This document shows, piece by piece, positions 26,595 through 37,750 of a stretch of DNA of 64,000 nucleotides. This DNA comes from an uncultured bacterium (GTDB lineage Bacteria; Fidelibacterota; Marinisomatia; Marinisomatales; UBA1611). Made by a program: the position numbers and the translations under genes. Positions within the stretch are counted from its first letter, which is position 1; every line of letters begins with the position of its first letter. Under the pieces are notes generated by a model, which ran no database searches, was not told the origin of the DNA, and saw nothing but the letters and a program-made list of their open reading frames with translations. The stretch lies in the NCBI GenBank assembly GCA_943788175.1, contig CALSPG010000005.1:70211-134210 (forward strand), given 5' to 3'.

Positions 26595-27515
26595 ATGACA
26601 AACAGATCCGCAGTTTTAGTTCTTCAAGACGGGACAATATTTGAAGGATCTTCTTTTGGTGCAATCGGTAAAACGATTGGTGAAGTTTGTTTTAATACAA
26701 GCATTACAGGTTACCAAGAAGTCCTAACTGATCCATCATATTCAAAGCAAATAGTCACAATGACGGCACCTCATATAGGTAATTATGGTATCAACTCTGA
26801 TGATGTGGAATCAAGTAAGGTCCAAGTATCTGGATTTATTATTAAAGAGGAATCTATTTTGGCTTCAAGTTGGAGATCCCAGATAACGATCAATGATTAT
26901 CTTAAAAACGAAAAAATTGTTGGAATAAAAGATATTGATACAAGGTCATTGACTATTCACATTAGAAATAACGGAGCTATGAATGGTGTTATATGCTCTG
27001 AAGGCAATGATATAAATTCATTAAAACAGGAAGTAAATAAATATCCTTCGATGAAAGGAATGGATTTGGCAAAAGTTGTCTCGACTAAGCATATATATCA
27101 ATTTTCAAAAGAGGGTAAAAATAAAGTTGCTGTGCTTGATTTTGGAATTAAAAATAACATTCTAAATATTTTAAAAAGTCTAGACTGCCGTATTAATGTC
27201 TTTCCAGCAGAAACAAAAGCAAAAGATATTTTAGAAACCAATCCTGATGGTATATTTTTGTCTAATGGTCCAGGAGACCCAACAGCTGTAAGGTATGCGA
27301 TAAAGACTATTAAAGAAATATTAGGACAGAAACCAATATTTGGTATTTGCCTTGGTCATCAGCTATTAGCTTTAGCATTAGGAGCAAAAACATTTAAACT
27401 TAAATTTGGTCATCGAGGGGTAAACCATCCTGTGAAAAATCTTATAACGAAAAAAATCGAGATTACTAGTCAAAACCATGGGTTTGCTGTAGATAGTAAA
27501 AGTCTTAAGAGATGA
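26595..27515 (+). CDS. carA: Carbamoyl-phosphate synthase small (glutaminase) subunit, truncated by a frame disruption
   Basis: It has the CarA N-domain (LVLQDGTIFEGSSFGA) and the GATase nucleophile motif FGICLGHQLL. The ORF stops at 306 aa after QNHGFAVDSKSLKR, whereas the conserved C-terminus continues in other frames. Confidence 0.9.
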   Translation: MTNRSAVLVLQDGTIFEGSSFGAIGKTIGEVCFNTSITGYQEVLTDPSYSKQIVTMTAPHIGNYGINSDDVESSKVQVSGFIIKEESILASSWRSQITINDYLKNEKIVGIKDIDTRSLTIHIRNNGAMNGVICSEGNDINSLKQEVNKYPSMKGMDLAKVVSTKHIYQFSKEGKNKVAVLDFGIKNNILNILKSLDCRINVFPAETKAKDILETNPDGIFLSNGPGDPTAVRYAIKTIKEILGQKPIFGICLGHQLLALALGAKTFKLKFGHRGVNHPVKNLITKKIEITSQNHGFAVDSKSLKR

Positions 27516-27674
27516 TATTGAAGAAACACATATAAACTTAAATGACTACACTAATGCTGGAATTGAATGTAAAAGAAAGCTGCATTTTCAGTCCAATATC
27601 ATCCAGAGTCTAGCCCTGGGCCTCACGATAGTAGATATTTATTTAATAAGTTTATTGAGTTAATGAATGCCTAG
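27511..27674 (+). pseudogene. carA: Out-of-frame remainder of carA, readable only across two frame changes
   Basis: The +1 frame at 27511-27579 reads [23 protein letters not shown]. The original frame at 27582-27674 reads [30 protein letters not shown] followed by a stop. This segment contains the H-P-E of the Cys-His-Glu triad and overlaps the carB start. Confidence 0.8.
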
Positions 27675-30600
27675 AAGAAGTGATATTAATTCTATTCTAA
27701 TTATTGGCGCTGGTCCAATAATAATAGGACAAGCTTGTGAATTTGATTATTCAGGAACACAAGCAGCAAAAGCTTTAAAAGAAGAAGGTTATAAAATAAT
27801 ATTGGTTAATTCTAATCCTGCGACAATCATGACAGACCCTGATATAGCAGATAGAACTTATATTGAACCAATTACTTTAGAATATGTAACTGAAATAATA
27901 AAAAAAGAAAATCCAGATGCCATTTTACCAACTGTTGGAGGTCAAACAGCATTAAACCTAGCAATTGAGCTTCACGAACAGGGTGTTTTAAAAAAGCATA
28001 AAGTAGAACTTTTAGGCGCTCAAATAGATTCTATACAAAAAGCCGAAGATAGAGAAAAATTTAAAGAAGCTATGGATGAGGTTTCTATTGAAACCGCACG
28101 TGGCAATTTTGTCTACTCTTGGGAAGAAGCAAAGGATTTAGTTGGTAAAATTCAATTTCCAATAATTATTAGACCATCGTTTACAATGGGAGGAACTGGT
28201 GGCTCTGTTGCTTACAATTTTGAAGAATTTCAAGATTTAGTGAATAACGGTCTTTCTTCAAGTCCCATTAATGAGATTTTGATGGAAGAATCTCTAATCG
28301 GCTGGAAAGAGTATGAGCTAGAAGTTGTTAGAGATAAATCTGATAATGTTATCATTATATGTTCTATCGAAAATATTGATCCCATGGGTGTCCATACTGG
28401 TGATTCAATAACCGTTGCACCTGCCATGACATTGTCAGATAAAGAATATCAAAAAATGCGAAATTGGGCGATTAAATGTCTTCGCACTATTGGTGTAGAA
28501 ACTGGCGGATCGAATGTTCAATTTGCCGTAAACCCTGATAATGGTAGAATGATTATCATTGAAATGAATCCTCGAGTAAGTAGGTCTTCTGCATTAGCTT
28601 CAAAAGCAACAGGCTTCCCAATAGCAAAAGTTGCTGCCAAATTGGCTATTGGCTATACACTTGATGAAATCCCAAATGATATAACAGGTGAAACGTTAGC
28701 AGCTTTTGAGCCTACAATCGATTATGTAATTACGAAAATACCACGGTTTGATTTTGAAAAGTTTCCTTCTGCTACCGGTCACCTTGGTGTTCAGATGCAA
28801 AGCGTTGGAGAAGCCATGGCAATTGGACGAACCTTTAGAGAATCAATCCAAAAAGCTTTTCGATCACTAGAAGTTGGTCTTGATGGTCTTGAGCCAAGGT
28901 GGGCTTTTGAAAATGATCCGGATTTGATTAGGGCAAGGTCTTTTGACCTAACTAGTTTGCGATTTGCAACAGCATTTAGGTTATTAAAAATTAGAGAAGC
29001 CTTCTTAACAGGAAAAACAATTGAAGAAATTCATGAAATAACACGAATAGATCGTTGGTTTCTTCATCAAATAAAAATGTTATGTGATCAACAATATGAT
29101 GTCCCAATTTTAGAATTGAAAGAAAAAGGTTTTTCAGATGCGCAAATTGCAAGACAAACCCAATCAACAACTGATATAATCAGGAAAAAAAGAAAGAATA
29201 ATCATATTATACCTTCCTTTAAGTTAGTTGATACTTGTTCGGCAGAGTTCAAAGCTAAAACACCATATTGTTACTCAACCTACGATAAGGGAAATGAAAT
29301 TCAGCCTATTAAAGGGGAAAAAATTATTATTCTTGGTGGGGGGCCCAATAGAATTGGTCAAGGAATAGAATTTGATTATTGTTGTGTTCAAGCGGTTTTT
29401 GGATTAAAAGAACTCGGATTTAAAACTATAATGATTAATTGTAATCCCGAAACAGTAAGCACAGATTTTGATTTAGTAGATAGATTATATTTTGAGCCTG
29501 TCACATTTGAAGACGTAATGAATATTATTGAATTCGAAAAACCTGACGGGGTGTTAGTCCAGTTTGGAGGTCAGACACCATTAAAAATTTCAAATCAATT
29601 GGCCGATGCCGGCGCACCAATTATTGGAACTTCTCCCATTAATATTGATGTAGCTGAAGATCGAGAAAAGTTTGGTAAAATTTTAAATAAATTAAATATT
29701 TCTTGCCCGACATATGGTACAGGTAAAAGCCTTGAAGAAGTGGTTAAAGTAGCTGATAATATTGGTTACCCTGTTCTAGCTAGACCAAGCTATGTTTTAG
29801 GCGGAAGAGCTATGGAAATTGTATATTCTCAAGATCAACTAATTGATTACATTTCACGTTCTGCAGATGTCACCAGAGGACACCCTATATTAATTGATCA
29901 ATTTCTTGAGAATGCTTATGAATTTGATGTTGATGCGCTTTGTGATGGTGAAGAAGTCTACATTGGTGCAATTATGCAACATATTGAAGAAGCTGGAATA
30001 CATTCAGGAGATTCTGCTTGCGTACTTCCCCCTTATCAAATAAAATCTCAAACAATTACAGAGATTGAAGAAATAACATCAATTCTTGCGATTGAATTGA
30101 ATGTGATAGGTCTAATAAATATTCAATTTGCATATAAAAATAACAATCTATACGTGTTGGAGGTTAATCCTCGAGCTAGCAGAACAACCCCTTTTGTAAG
30201 CAAGTCTACAAATATTCCATTAGCTAAAATTGCCGCACAATTATCTGTTGGTCAGAAGTTGAAAGATTTAAGCCTTCCTAGGTGGGATAGTATAAAACAT
30301 GTTTGCATAAAAGAGGCCGTTCTGCCATTTAATAAATTTCCTGCAGAATCAATATTTTTAAGTCCCGAAATGAAATCTACCGGAGAGGTTATGGGGATAT
30401 CTGAAAACTTTGGTTTATCTTTTTATAAGGCAACATTAAGTGCGGGAGTTCAGTTGCCAGATTCTGGATTAGTTTTTATTTCGGTGAATGATGAAGATAA
30501 GTTTAAAATTATTCCAATTGTCAGAGGCTTTATAGAGCTTGGATTCAATATTATAGCCACTTCGGGTACGGCACATGAAATAGTCAAAAATGGAATGATT

Positions 30601-30855
30601 ACGAGTACAATTTTTAAAGCTGGAGAAGGTCGGCCAAATATTGTTGATCGCATCAAAAATGACGAGGTAACTCTTGTAATAAATACCCCCCTAGGCCCAC
30701 AATCAAGGTACGATGAAGAAGCTATTGGGAAAGCATGTATTCAAAAAAGTATTATGGCTATTACAACTATATCAGCAGCAGATGCAGTTTTACGTGCTAT
30801 CAGAACAAAGAATAAAATTAAAGTAAAATCTATACAAGAGTATCATTCTAGCTAG
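27667..30855 (+). CDS. carB: Carbamoyl-phosphate synthase large subunit
   Basis: 1062 aa with two ATP-grasp halves ([13 protein letters not shown] and [14 protein letters not shown]). It also has the oligomerisation domain and the MGS-like C-terminal domain. Confidence 0.95.
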   Translation: MPRRSDINSILIIGAGPIIIGQACEFDYSGTQAAKALKEEGYKIILVNSNPATIMTDPDIADRTYIEPITLEYVTEIIKKENPDAILPTVGGQTALNLAIELHEQGVLKKHKVELLGAQIDSIQKAEDREKFKEAMDEVSIETARGNFVYSWEEAKDLVGKIQFPIIIRPSFTMGGTGGSVAYNFEEFQDLVNNGLSSSPINEILMEESLIGWKEYELEVVRDKSDNVIIICSIENIDPMGVHTGDSITVAPAMTLSDKEYQKMRNWAIKCLRTIGVETGGSNVQFAVNPDNGRMIIIEMNPRVSRSSALASKATGFPIAKVAAKLAIGYTLDEIPNDITGETLAAFEPTIDYVITKIPRFDFEKFPSATGHLGVQMQSVGEAMAIGRTFRESIQKAFRSLEVGLDGLEPRWAFENDPDLIRARSFDLTSLRFATAFRLLKIREAFLTGKTIEEIHEITRIDRWFLHQIKMLCDQQYDVPILELKEKGFSDAQIARQTQSTTDIIRKKRKNNHIIPSFKLVDTCSAEFKAKTPYCYSTYDKGNEIQPIKGEKIIILGGGPNRIGQGIEFDYCCVQAVFGLKELGFKTIMINCNPETVSTDFDLVDRLYFEPVTFEDVMNIIEFEKPDGVLVQFGGQTPLKISNQLADAGAPIIGTSPINIDVAEDREKFGKILNKLNISCPTYGTGKSLEEVVKVADNIGYPVLARPSYVLGGRAMEIVYSQDQLIDYISRSADVTRGHPILIDQFLENAYEFDVDALCDGEEVYIGAIMQHIEEAGIHSGDSACVLPPYQIKSQTITEIEEITSILAIELNVIGLINIQFAYKNNNLYVLEVNPRASRTTPFVSKSTNIPLAKIAAQLSVGQKLKDLSLPRWDSIKHVCIKEAVLPFNKFPAESIFLSPEMKSTGEVMGISENFGLSFYKATLSAGVQLPDSGLVFISVNDEDKFKIIPIVRGFIELGFNIIATSGTAHEIVKNGMITSTIFKAGEGRPNIVDRIKNDEVTLVINTPLGPQSRYDEEAIGKACIQKSIMAITTISAADAVLRAIRTKNKIKVKSIQEYHSS

Positions 30856-30859
30856 AATA

Positions 30860-33232
30860 TTATTTTTTTATAGATTTTTCCTCATTTTTTGATCTGTTAT
30901 TTCGTTGCATTTTATTTTCTTTATAGGTTTTCCACCTGCCGTGTTTTTTAGTTTTATATAACTCAAATCTTGATTTTATTACTTTCTTAGGCCAGTTATT
31001 ATTTACCAAGTTAATATCTGCTGTTTCAAGCTGTGGGTCTAAGTTAAAAGATTTAACAAGCTTTTTTGTTGCAAAGACTTTTGTTATTTGTTTTCTATTT
31101 TTTCTCCATATTTCTGCAGGTATTCTAATAATGTAATTAGTAGAGTCTTCGTATTCTAGTTCTAATATAATCGGCATAACAAGGCCTCCAACATTAGAAA
31201 ACTTTATTTCGTAGTAGTTTAAATTTGAATTATAAATCTTTTTTTCTTGATTTTCAACTACTGAACTATCTCGATACTTGATGAAATCTTCCTTGTCTAG
31301 AATTGATACTTCATATGGGTCATATTTATCATAAAAGTCGTTTGCTTCTTCATCTATTTCAACAATTGTTTCTTGTATCTCAATACTGTTCTTTTTCTGC
31401 CACGATTGAATGGGCTCATTTTCTTCTTCTATTTTTTTTAGAGGTAATTCTATTTCGGGGTTTTTAGTGTCTAAGGTATACCACGTCACTTCATCAATTG
31501 AAATATCAACGGGGTCTGTTGAATAAAACCATCCTCGCCAAAACCAATCTAAATCTATAGCGCTAGCATTTTCAAGAATTCTGAAAAAATCGCTTGGTGT
31601 TGGGTGTTTAAACATCCATGTTTTGGAATATTCCTTAAATGCAAAATCAAACAACTCTCTACCTACAATAGTTTCTCTTAATATATTTAATGCTGTAGCT
31701 GGTTTACCATAGGCATTATTCCCAAATTGATAGATTGATTCAGAATTGGTCATGATTGGCATCAAATTATTTTTATCGCCTTTCATATAATTTACAATAT
31801 TCTTTGCCGGGCCACGTCTACTTGGATAGTCTTTATCCCACTCTTGTTCTGTTAGGAACTGTAAATATGTGTTCAGTCCTTCATCCATCCAAGTCCATTG
31901 TCTTTCATCTGAGTTGACAATCATAGGGAAATAATTGTGTCCAACTTCATGGATAATAACGCTTATCATACCATATTTAATTCTTTCAGAATAAGTCCCG
32001 TCTTCTTGTGGCCTACCATAATTAAAACAAATCATAGGATATTCCATTCCATTAGCTGCCTCTACCGAGATTGCAACCGGGTAGGGGTAATTAAATGTAT
32101 ATTTTGAATAGACATTTAATGTATGAGCAACGGCCCGAGTAGAGTATTTCTCATACAAAGGATTCGCTTCCTTAGGATAGTAAGACATTGCCATTACAGT
32201 ACGATTTCCTACTTTCACACCCATAGCATCCCATATAAATTTTCTAGAACTAGTAAATGCGAAATCTCTTACATTTTTTGCTTTATATCTCCATGTTTTT
32301 ACTTTTTTGCTTCTTGATTTTTCATTTTTAATCGCTTCACCCTGTGATATTATTATCATCGGACTCTTTGCAGTTTTAGATGTTTTGTATCTATTAATTT
32401 GTTCTTTTGTAAGCACTTCCATCATATTTTGTAGTTCGCCTGTAGAGGCAACTATATGATCAGCTGGTACTGTTATTCGTACATCATAATCACCAAAGTC
32501 TAATGTGAATTCTCCTCTTCCTAAAAATTGTTTATTTTGCCAACCGTATACATCATTATACATGGCCATTCTTGGGAACCATTGGCAAATCGTATATAAA
32601 TAATTGCTATCAGTTTCAAAAAATTCATATCCAGATCTTCCGCCCATGAACATTCTATCTTGAACTTTATAATTCCAACGTATGGAAATTGAAGTTTTTG
32701 ATTTTGACCTTAGTGGTTTTTCAAGGTCTATTCTCATCATTGTTTTGTTTATTACATAATTAAGTTTTCTTCCATCTATCGCAACCACTTCTTCTATGTT
32801 AAATCCACCATCAAAATCATTTAGAATATCAAAAGCGTCTTTATCTCCATATATAAAACCTGGTTTCATTGATGAAAAATTTAATTTACTTCTCATTTTC
32901 CCTGTAGAGATCTTGTAAGCGTCTGAATCTTTTGCTCTAACATTTTGGTCGAGTTGGACCCATAAATAATTAAGGTCATCTGGGGAATTATTTGTGTATG
33001 TTATTGTTTCAAATCCTGATATAGTTTGATTTTCATCATTTAATTTTACATCAATTGTATAGTCAGCTTTATTTTGCCAATATTCGTGGCCAGGATAACC
33101 AGCTGCAGTTCTGTATGAGTTTGGGGTTGCTATTTCTTGGTCTAATTGTTTGAACTTATCTTCAATTTGTGCAAATAATGTAGACGTTATGAATAGTAAA
33201 AATATTTTTTGTTTAAAATTATTTAGTAACAA
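30860..33232 (-). CDS. M1-family zinc metallopeptidase (aminopeptidase N-like), exported
   Basis: It has a signal peptide, the exopeptidase-like motif NGMEYPM and the zinc site HEVGHNYF...WMDEGLNTY. A roughly 200-aa C-terminal extension ends in a Lys-rich tail. Confidence 0.85.
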   Translation of the reverse strand: MLLNNFKQKIFLLFITSTLFAQIEDKFKQLDQEIATPNSYRTAAGYPGHEYWQNKADYTIDVKLNDENQTISGFETITYTNNSPDDLNYLWVQLDQNVRAKDSDAYKISTGKMRSKLNFSSMKPGFIYGDKDAFDILNDFDGGFNIEEVVAIDGRKLNYVINKTMMRIDLEKPLRSKSKTSISIRWNYKVQDRMFMGGRSGYEFFETDSNYLYTICQWFPRMAMYNDVYGWQNKQFLGRGEFTLDFGDYDVRITVPADHIVASTGELQNMMEVLTKEQINRYKTSKTAKSPMIIISQGEAIKNEKSRSKKVKTWRYKAKNVRDFAFTSSRKFIWDAMGVKVGNRTVMAMSYYPKEANPLYEKYSTRAVAHTLNVYSKYTFNYPYPVAISVEAANGMEYPMICFNYGRPQEDGTYSERIKYGMISVIIHEVGHNYFPMIVNSDERQWTWMDEGLNTYLQFLTEQEWDKDYPSRRGPAKNIVNYMKGDKNNLMPIMTNSESIYQFGNNAYGKPATALNILRETIVGRELFDFAFKEYSKTWMFKHPTPSDFFRILENASAIDLDWFWRGWFYSTDPVDISIDEVTWYTLDTKNPEIELPLKKIEEENEPIQSWQKKNSIEIQETIVEIDEEANDFYDKYDPYEVSILDKEDFIKYRDSSVVENQEKKIYNSNLNYYEIKFSNVGGLVMPIILELEYEDSTNYIIRIPAEIWRKNRKQITKVFATKKLVKSFNLDPQLETADINLVNNNWPKKVIKSRFELYKTKKHGRWKTYKENKMQRNNRSKNEEKSIKK

Positions 33233-33296
33233 TCCTGGCCTTTCTGTTTTTGAAAATATTGAGTATTTTATTTCTATATTTAGATTAACATCTACT

Positions 33297-33800
33297 ATGA
33301 AACATAAAATTAAACATTCACTAATATATTTTCTACTTTTATATAACTCTATATTTCCACACTCTTTTCATTCATCGATATTTTCATTTCAGTATGATAG
33401 TACTTCGAAGGCTATTGAAGTGTCGATGAAGGTTTTTGCAAATGATTTAGAAAAAGCTATAAATCAAATTAATGAATCAAATTTTTTCATTGATAGTAAA
33501 AAAGATGAAAATAAAATAGATAGTCTGATTTTTGATTACATTGGCAAGACTATTCATTTAAGAATAAATGGGAAAGAATATAATGCAAACTGGGTAGGTA
33601 AGGAGTTTGAGGGTGATATTGTTTGGTGTTATTTTGAAATTACTGATATAGTGGGAAACATAATGAATATTAGTATTGAAAATAAATTTTTGTTCTCTTC
33701 CTTCGAAGATCAGTTAAATGTTTTACATTTTTTTATCGATAGTGAAAAGAAGACTACAATGACCCACAAAGACAAAACTTTTGATAGTATTTCATTTTAA
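33297..33800 (+). CDS. Hypothetical exported protein (DUF6702-like is a guess)
   Basis: The ATG at 33297 gives MKHKIKHSLIYFLLLYNSIFPHSFHSSIF, a signal peptide. The ORF-track TTG start at 33150 would overlap the divergent M1 peptidase gene. Confidence 0.45.
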   Translation: MKHKIKHSLIYFLLLYNSIFPHSFHSSIFSFQYDSTSKAIEVSMKVFANDLEKAINQINESNFFIDSKKDENKIDSLIFDYIGKTIHLRINGKEYNANWVGKEFEGDIVWCYFEITDIVGNIMNISIENKFLFSSFEDQLNVLHFFIDSEKKTTMTHKDKTFDSISF

Positions 33801-33845
33801 ATTTGATTCTTAGGTTTTCAAAATCTTGAATAATAATTATTTATA

Positions 33846-34541
33846 ATGCCACCCTATATATTTAAACTTTTCAGTTTTGACCATATTATTTCTTTAATAG
33901 CAATTATTTTTTTATTCATTACCTTCCTAAGGTATAATGAAAAAATTGGGATAATGAATGATAGCAAAACTTTTTTAATTACTTTATCTGTTTTGATGAT
34001 ATTCCTTGATCTTTCCGAGGATATAGTAAGAGTTTTTACTGGGCATTATTCTATTATTAAAGATCTTCCTTTACAACTCTGTAGTATAGGTGTTTACTTA
34101 GCAGCATACAATTTGATATATCGGAATCAAGCAATTTTCAATCTGATTTTTTATTGGGGCTTTGTGGGTGCTACAAATGCTATTTTGACACCTGATGGTG
34201 ATTTATTTGAACTGAGGATTTTCTTTTTTTACAGCCAAGCTTACCATGCTGCTTTAATATTTGCTGTTCTATGGATGATGATCAAATATGATATGAGAAT
34301 GGAATATAAATCGATTTTTCAAGTAGTTTTGTACACAAATGCTATAGTTGGGATAATAACCTTTATAAATATTGTGTTGGATAGTAATTATATGTTTTTG
34401 CGTCAAATACCAAACTCAGTTAGTCCCTTTCTGATGGGAGAGTGGCCTGTATATATATTAATGGTTCAAGTTTTTTCTGTAATCCTTGTAGTTTTATTTA
34501 TTAGGCTTCAAGATTTTTTTATGAAGCCTATCAAATATTAA
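33846..34541 (+). CDS. Integral membrane protein, YwaF/TIGR02206-like
   Basis: 231 aa with about seven hydrophobic helices. The N-terminus FSFDHIISLIAIIFLFI and the overall layout resemble the YwaF family. The assignment rests on the motif only. Confidence 0.45.
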   Translation: MPPYIFKLFSFDHIISLIAIIFLFITFLRYNEKIGIMNDSKTFLITLSVLMIFLDLSEDIVRVFTGHYSIIKDLPLQLCSIGVYLAAYNLIYRNQAIFNLIFYWGFVGATNAILTPDGDLFELRIFFFYSQAYHAALIFAVLWMMIKYDMRMEYKSIFQVVLYTNAIVGIITFINIVLDSNYMFLRQIPNSVSPFLMGEWPVYILMVQVFSVILVVLFIRLQDFFMKPIKY

Positions 34542-34562
34542 TGTAATAAAAATATAATATGA

Positions 34563-36155
34563 TTAGTCTGAAACTAAAAACTCCGGCTTTTTTCTGTGCA
34601 TTGTTTTTTGTTCATAAGCGTATGCCATCTCTATCAATTTTGGTTCACTCCATTCTTTACCGTAAAAAGAGATTCCAACTGGTACATTATCGATAAAGCC
34701 CATAGGGACATTAATATTCGGGTAGCCAGATAAGGCTGCAAAAACAGTTGTTGATATATAGTATTTATCTCCATTTACTAAATCTGTTTTCCAAGCAGGA
34801 CTACCTGTCGGGGAAATAAACGCATCTAAATTATATTTTTTCATCACTCTATCAATCCCCATTTCTCTTGTAGCCGTTTTCATTTCTTGAATAGCTTCTT
34901 TGTAGGCTTTTGAATTTAAGTCTCCTTTGGTCTCTGCGTTTTCTAATCTCTCGATATTAAAGTAAAGCATTTCAACACTGTCTAATAAAGTTTGATTTAT
35001 GAGGTCTTTAAGGTCTTTTACTATAGCGTTTGGTCCTAAGCTATCAAAATATTTTTTTAATCCATCTTTAAATTCATATGCCATGACTTCTAATGAATGC
35101 TTTTCTGGGCTGTTTTTATTATCATTATTTTGGAAAATATTATCAATATGAATTATCTCTGCTCCACTTTCCGTTAAATCTTTGATCGCCCCTTGCATGA
35201 GAAAATCTACCCTGTGATTCTTGCCTTCCATAGTCTTGACATACCCGATTCTTTTATTCTGTAGGCCATTAACATTCAAAAATTTAGTATAGTCATTATA
35301 GTAATTATTTTTGCTCTTTTTTGTTTTTTTATCGTTGTTATCAACGCCAGTTACCGCTCCAAGAATAATTGCGGCATCTCTAACTGTGCGAGACATTGGC
35401 CCGGCTGTATCTTGAGTGTAACTAATAGGGACTATTCCAGACCTACTCCAAAGTCCAACAGTTGGCTTGATTCCAACTATTCCGTTTGCATTTGAAGGAC
35501 ACATAATAGAGCCCCAGGTTTCAGTACCAATAGAGACAACACATAAATTGGCAGAAACGGAGACAGCTGATCCTGAGCTAGAGCCACAAGGGTTTCTATC
35601 TAAAACATAAGGGTTTTTTGTTTGTCCAGAAATTCCGCTCCATCCACTCGAAGAATAAGATGATCTATAATTAGCCCATTCACTTAAGTTCGTTTTACCA
35701 AGAATAATTGCGCCTGAAGCTTTTAATTTTTTTGCTACCCAGCTATCTCTCAACGGGAACGACTCTTTTAAAATTCTAGATCCTGCAGTAGTTGGCATTT
35801 TTCCTCTCACATCAATATTATCTTTTAGAAGTACTGGAATCCCAAAAAGAGGTCCTTTTTTCTTTCCGAGCTTATGCCTTTCATCAAGTGAGTCAGCAAT
35901 AGAAAGAGCATCTGGATTAATCACGATTATTGAATTAAGTCGTGGCCCTGACTGATCAATACTTTTTATACGATCAATATAGTTGCTAACCAGTTCTTTA
36001 ACGGTAAAGTGATTATTATCGTACCCAGAATGAATATCAGCAATCGTAATTTCATCAAGTTGAGAATTAAGAATTTGATATGCATTTTTAGCTTTATTGC
36101 ACGAAAAAGATAATAGACTAATTAAACAGAAATAAAGAAGAGTATACATTTTCAT
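34563..36155 (-). CDS. Amidase-signature family amidase, exported/lipoprotein
   Basis: The amidase-signature stretch is GSSSGSAVSVSANL, with an upstream LLKDNI (catalytic Lys context). The N-terminal signal ends in the lipobox-like LLSFSC. Confidence 0.85.
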   Translation of the reverse strand: MKMYTLLYFCLISLLSFSCNKAKNAYQILNSQLDEITIADIHSGYDNNHFTVKELVSNYIDRIKSIDQSGPRLNSIIVINPDALSIADSLDERHKLGKKKGPLFGIPVLLKDNIDVRGKMPTTAGSRILKESFPLRDSWVAKKLKASGAIILGKTNLSEWANYRSSYSSSGWSGISGQTKNPYVLDRNPCGSSSGSAVSVSANLCVVSIGTETWGSIMCPSNANGIVGIKPTVGLWSRSGIVPISYTQDTAGPMSRTVRDAAIILGAVTGVDNNDKKTKKSKNNYYNDYTKFLNVNGLQNKRIGYVKTMEGKNHRVDFLMQGAIKDLTESGAEIIHIDNIFQNNDNKNSPEKHSLEVMAYEFKDGLKKYFDSLGPNAIVKDLKDLINQTLLDSVEMLYFNIERLENAETKGDLNSKAYKEAIQEMKTATREMGIDRVMKKYNLDAFISPTGSPAWKTDLVNGDKYYISTTVFAALSGYPNINVPMGFIDNVPVGISFYGKEWSEPKLIEMAYAYEQKTMHRKKPEFLVSD

Positions 36156-36278
36156 AATAATAAAATCCTCGATAGTTATTTATTGCTAGAAGATATGTTT
36201 AATTTAACTTTATATCATGTCGAATAAAAAAAGAGCGTATGAAGCTTTCAGCTGATATCAATAAAAAATATAATCTAT

Positions 36279-37274
36279 ATGTTAAATAAGAAAGGCAATA
36301 GCATTTCATTTGGAGTTTGGTTCCAATATGTAAACAGATCAGAAAAAAAATGGAGAACCTATTTTCAAAAATATAAAAATTCAGGTATTATTAATTATTT
36401 CATTCAGGGTACCCCGAGCCAATTAAAAAAAATAATTATTATAACTAAAAGTATGGAAATAAATATTCATGCTTGGGTTTGGGCGTTAAACCGGCCAAAA
36501 GATGAAGTAGCTATGAATAATTTAGACTGGTATTCTGTTAATAGAGAGGGACGAAATAGTTATGACTCCCGACCATATGTTGATTACTATCAATGGCTTA
36601 GTCCTTTCAGTCCTGGAGCTAGAAAACATATAAAAAAAAATATAAAAGAATTTTCCGAGTTAGATGGACTGGCTTCTGTGCATTTAGATTACGTAAGATA
36701 TTGTGATGTGATACTCCCGATAGCTCTTCAGCCAAAATATAACCTAGTTCAAAAAGATGAAATGCCTCAATATGATTTTGGGTACCATAAAGAAGCAAGA
36801 CGGGAGTATAAAGAAATTTATAATGTTGATCCGATTAAAATTGAAGATCCACAACGTGATAATAACTGGTTAAAATTTAGATTAGATGCATTAACAAGCT
36901 TAGTAAACCAATTAGTTGAGATTGCTCATAAAAATGGAACCAAGCTTTCTGCAGCTGTATTCCCTTTCCCAGAAATGTCTCGTAGAATGGTTAGACAAGA
37001 CTGGTCATCTTGGAACCTAGACATTGTTTGTCCCATGAATTACCATCATTTTTATAATAAAGATTTAGACTGGATAAAGTTTAGCGTTGAACAAGGTATT
37101 AAAGAAATTGGAACCCAGGTTGAATATTATTCAGGCTTATTTGTAGGCTCTTTACCACCGGTTGAATTAAAAGAAGCTATAATAAAGTCAATAAATGGGG
37201 GAGCTACGGGTGTAAATTTTTTTAGTATTAAAAATTTAACTGAAAAACATTTAAAAATTATTAAATCTGTCTAA
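36279..37274 (+). CDS. Glycoside-hydrolase-like TIM-barrel protein (GHL10/YngK-like)
   Basis: It has HLDYVRYCD and NIHAWVWALN strands, typical of the hydrolase-like family 10 fold. No signal peptide is seen and the start is uncertain. Confidence 0.5.
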   Translation: MLNKKGNSISFGVWFQYVNRSEKKWRTYFQKYKNSGIINYFIQGTPSQLKKIIIITKSMEINIHAWVWALNRPKDEVAMNNLDWYSVNREGRNSYDSRPYVDYYQWLSPFSPGARKHIKKNIKEFSELDGLASVHLDYVRYCDVILPIALQPKYNLVQKDEMPQYDFGYHKEARREYKEIYNVDPIKIEDPQRDNNWLKFRLDALTSLVNQLVEIAHKNGTKLSAAVFPFPEMSRRMVRQDWSSWNLDIVCPMNYHHFYNKDLDWIKFSVEQGIKEIGTQVEYYSGLFVGSLPPVELKEAIIKSINGGATGVNFFSIKNLTEKHLKIIKSV

Positions 37275-37347
37275 TATGTATCAAAAACTATATAACTTGG
37301 AACAACGTTTTAAAATTAACGTATGAAATGTTATCGGGGTAAGTCAG

Positions 37348-37671
37348 TTGAAGGTTGATAAAAAGAGTCTATTTCTAGGTATAAGCTTACGTGCGATATT
37401 TACAGTAGTAATTTTTCTATCATTCGGGGATGCTAACACTGACTTTTCTTTTCAAATAGGCGATAATATTCGTGGCGACTTAAAAAAAGATATAAATGTA
37501 AGTATTGAAAAAACTATCGAAAATGGGATTGAAAAAGTTATGGTTCTTGTTAATGCGAGTGGGGATGTTTTGAAGGAAGATGTTGAAGAAGAGTTAAATA
37601 GAGTATTTAAAGAAAATAATATTAACAAGGACGATCCAAGTATAAATATTGACATTAATATAAACAGTTAG
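37348..37671 (+). CDS. Hypothetical small membrane-anchored/exported protein
   Basis: It has a TTG start and an N-terminal hydrophobic segment, LFLGISLRAIFTVVIFLSFG. The rest is acidic. Confidence 0.4.
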   Translation: MKVDKKSLFLGISLRAIFTVVIFLSFGDANTDFSFQIGDNIRGDLKKDINVSIEKTIENGIEKVMVLVNASGDVLKEDVEEELNRVFKENNINKDDPSINIDININS

Positions 37672-37750
37672 ATACGTTGTTTTAATAATATAAAATCAGA
37701 CCCTGCATTATTCGCAGGATTTTTATTCTTGAATAAAACTTTAAAAAACT

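Noticed and set aside
27505-27585. Programmed ribosomal frameshifting as an explanation for the carA disruption.
   Set aside because: Two separate shifts of opposite sign would be needed within 70 nt. No slippery heptamer or stimulatory structure is visible at either site. Indels are the simpler explanation.
33150-33296. A TTG-initiated 49-codon extension of the ORF at 33297. It overlaps the 5' end of the divergent M1 peptidase gene.
   Set aside because: The extension has no signal-peptide character. The internal ATG at 33297 yields a typical signal peptide and removes the overlap.
36218-36256. A 12-codon mini-ORF (MSNKKRAYEAFS) in the amidase/GHL10 divergent spacer, considered as a possible leader peptide.
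   Set aside because: It has no associated attenuator structure, no regulatory codon run and no conservation evidence. It is indistinguishable from chance.
37298-37313. A sigma-54 promoter-like TGGAAC...TTTTA sequence upstream of the small ORF at 37348. It caught my attention because rpoN is encoded in the window.
   Set aside because: With GG at 37299-37300 the -12 element should be GC at 37311-37312, but the sequence there is TA. Only the -24 half matches.
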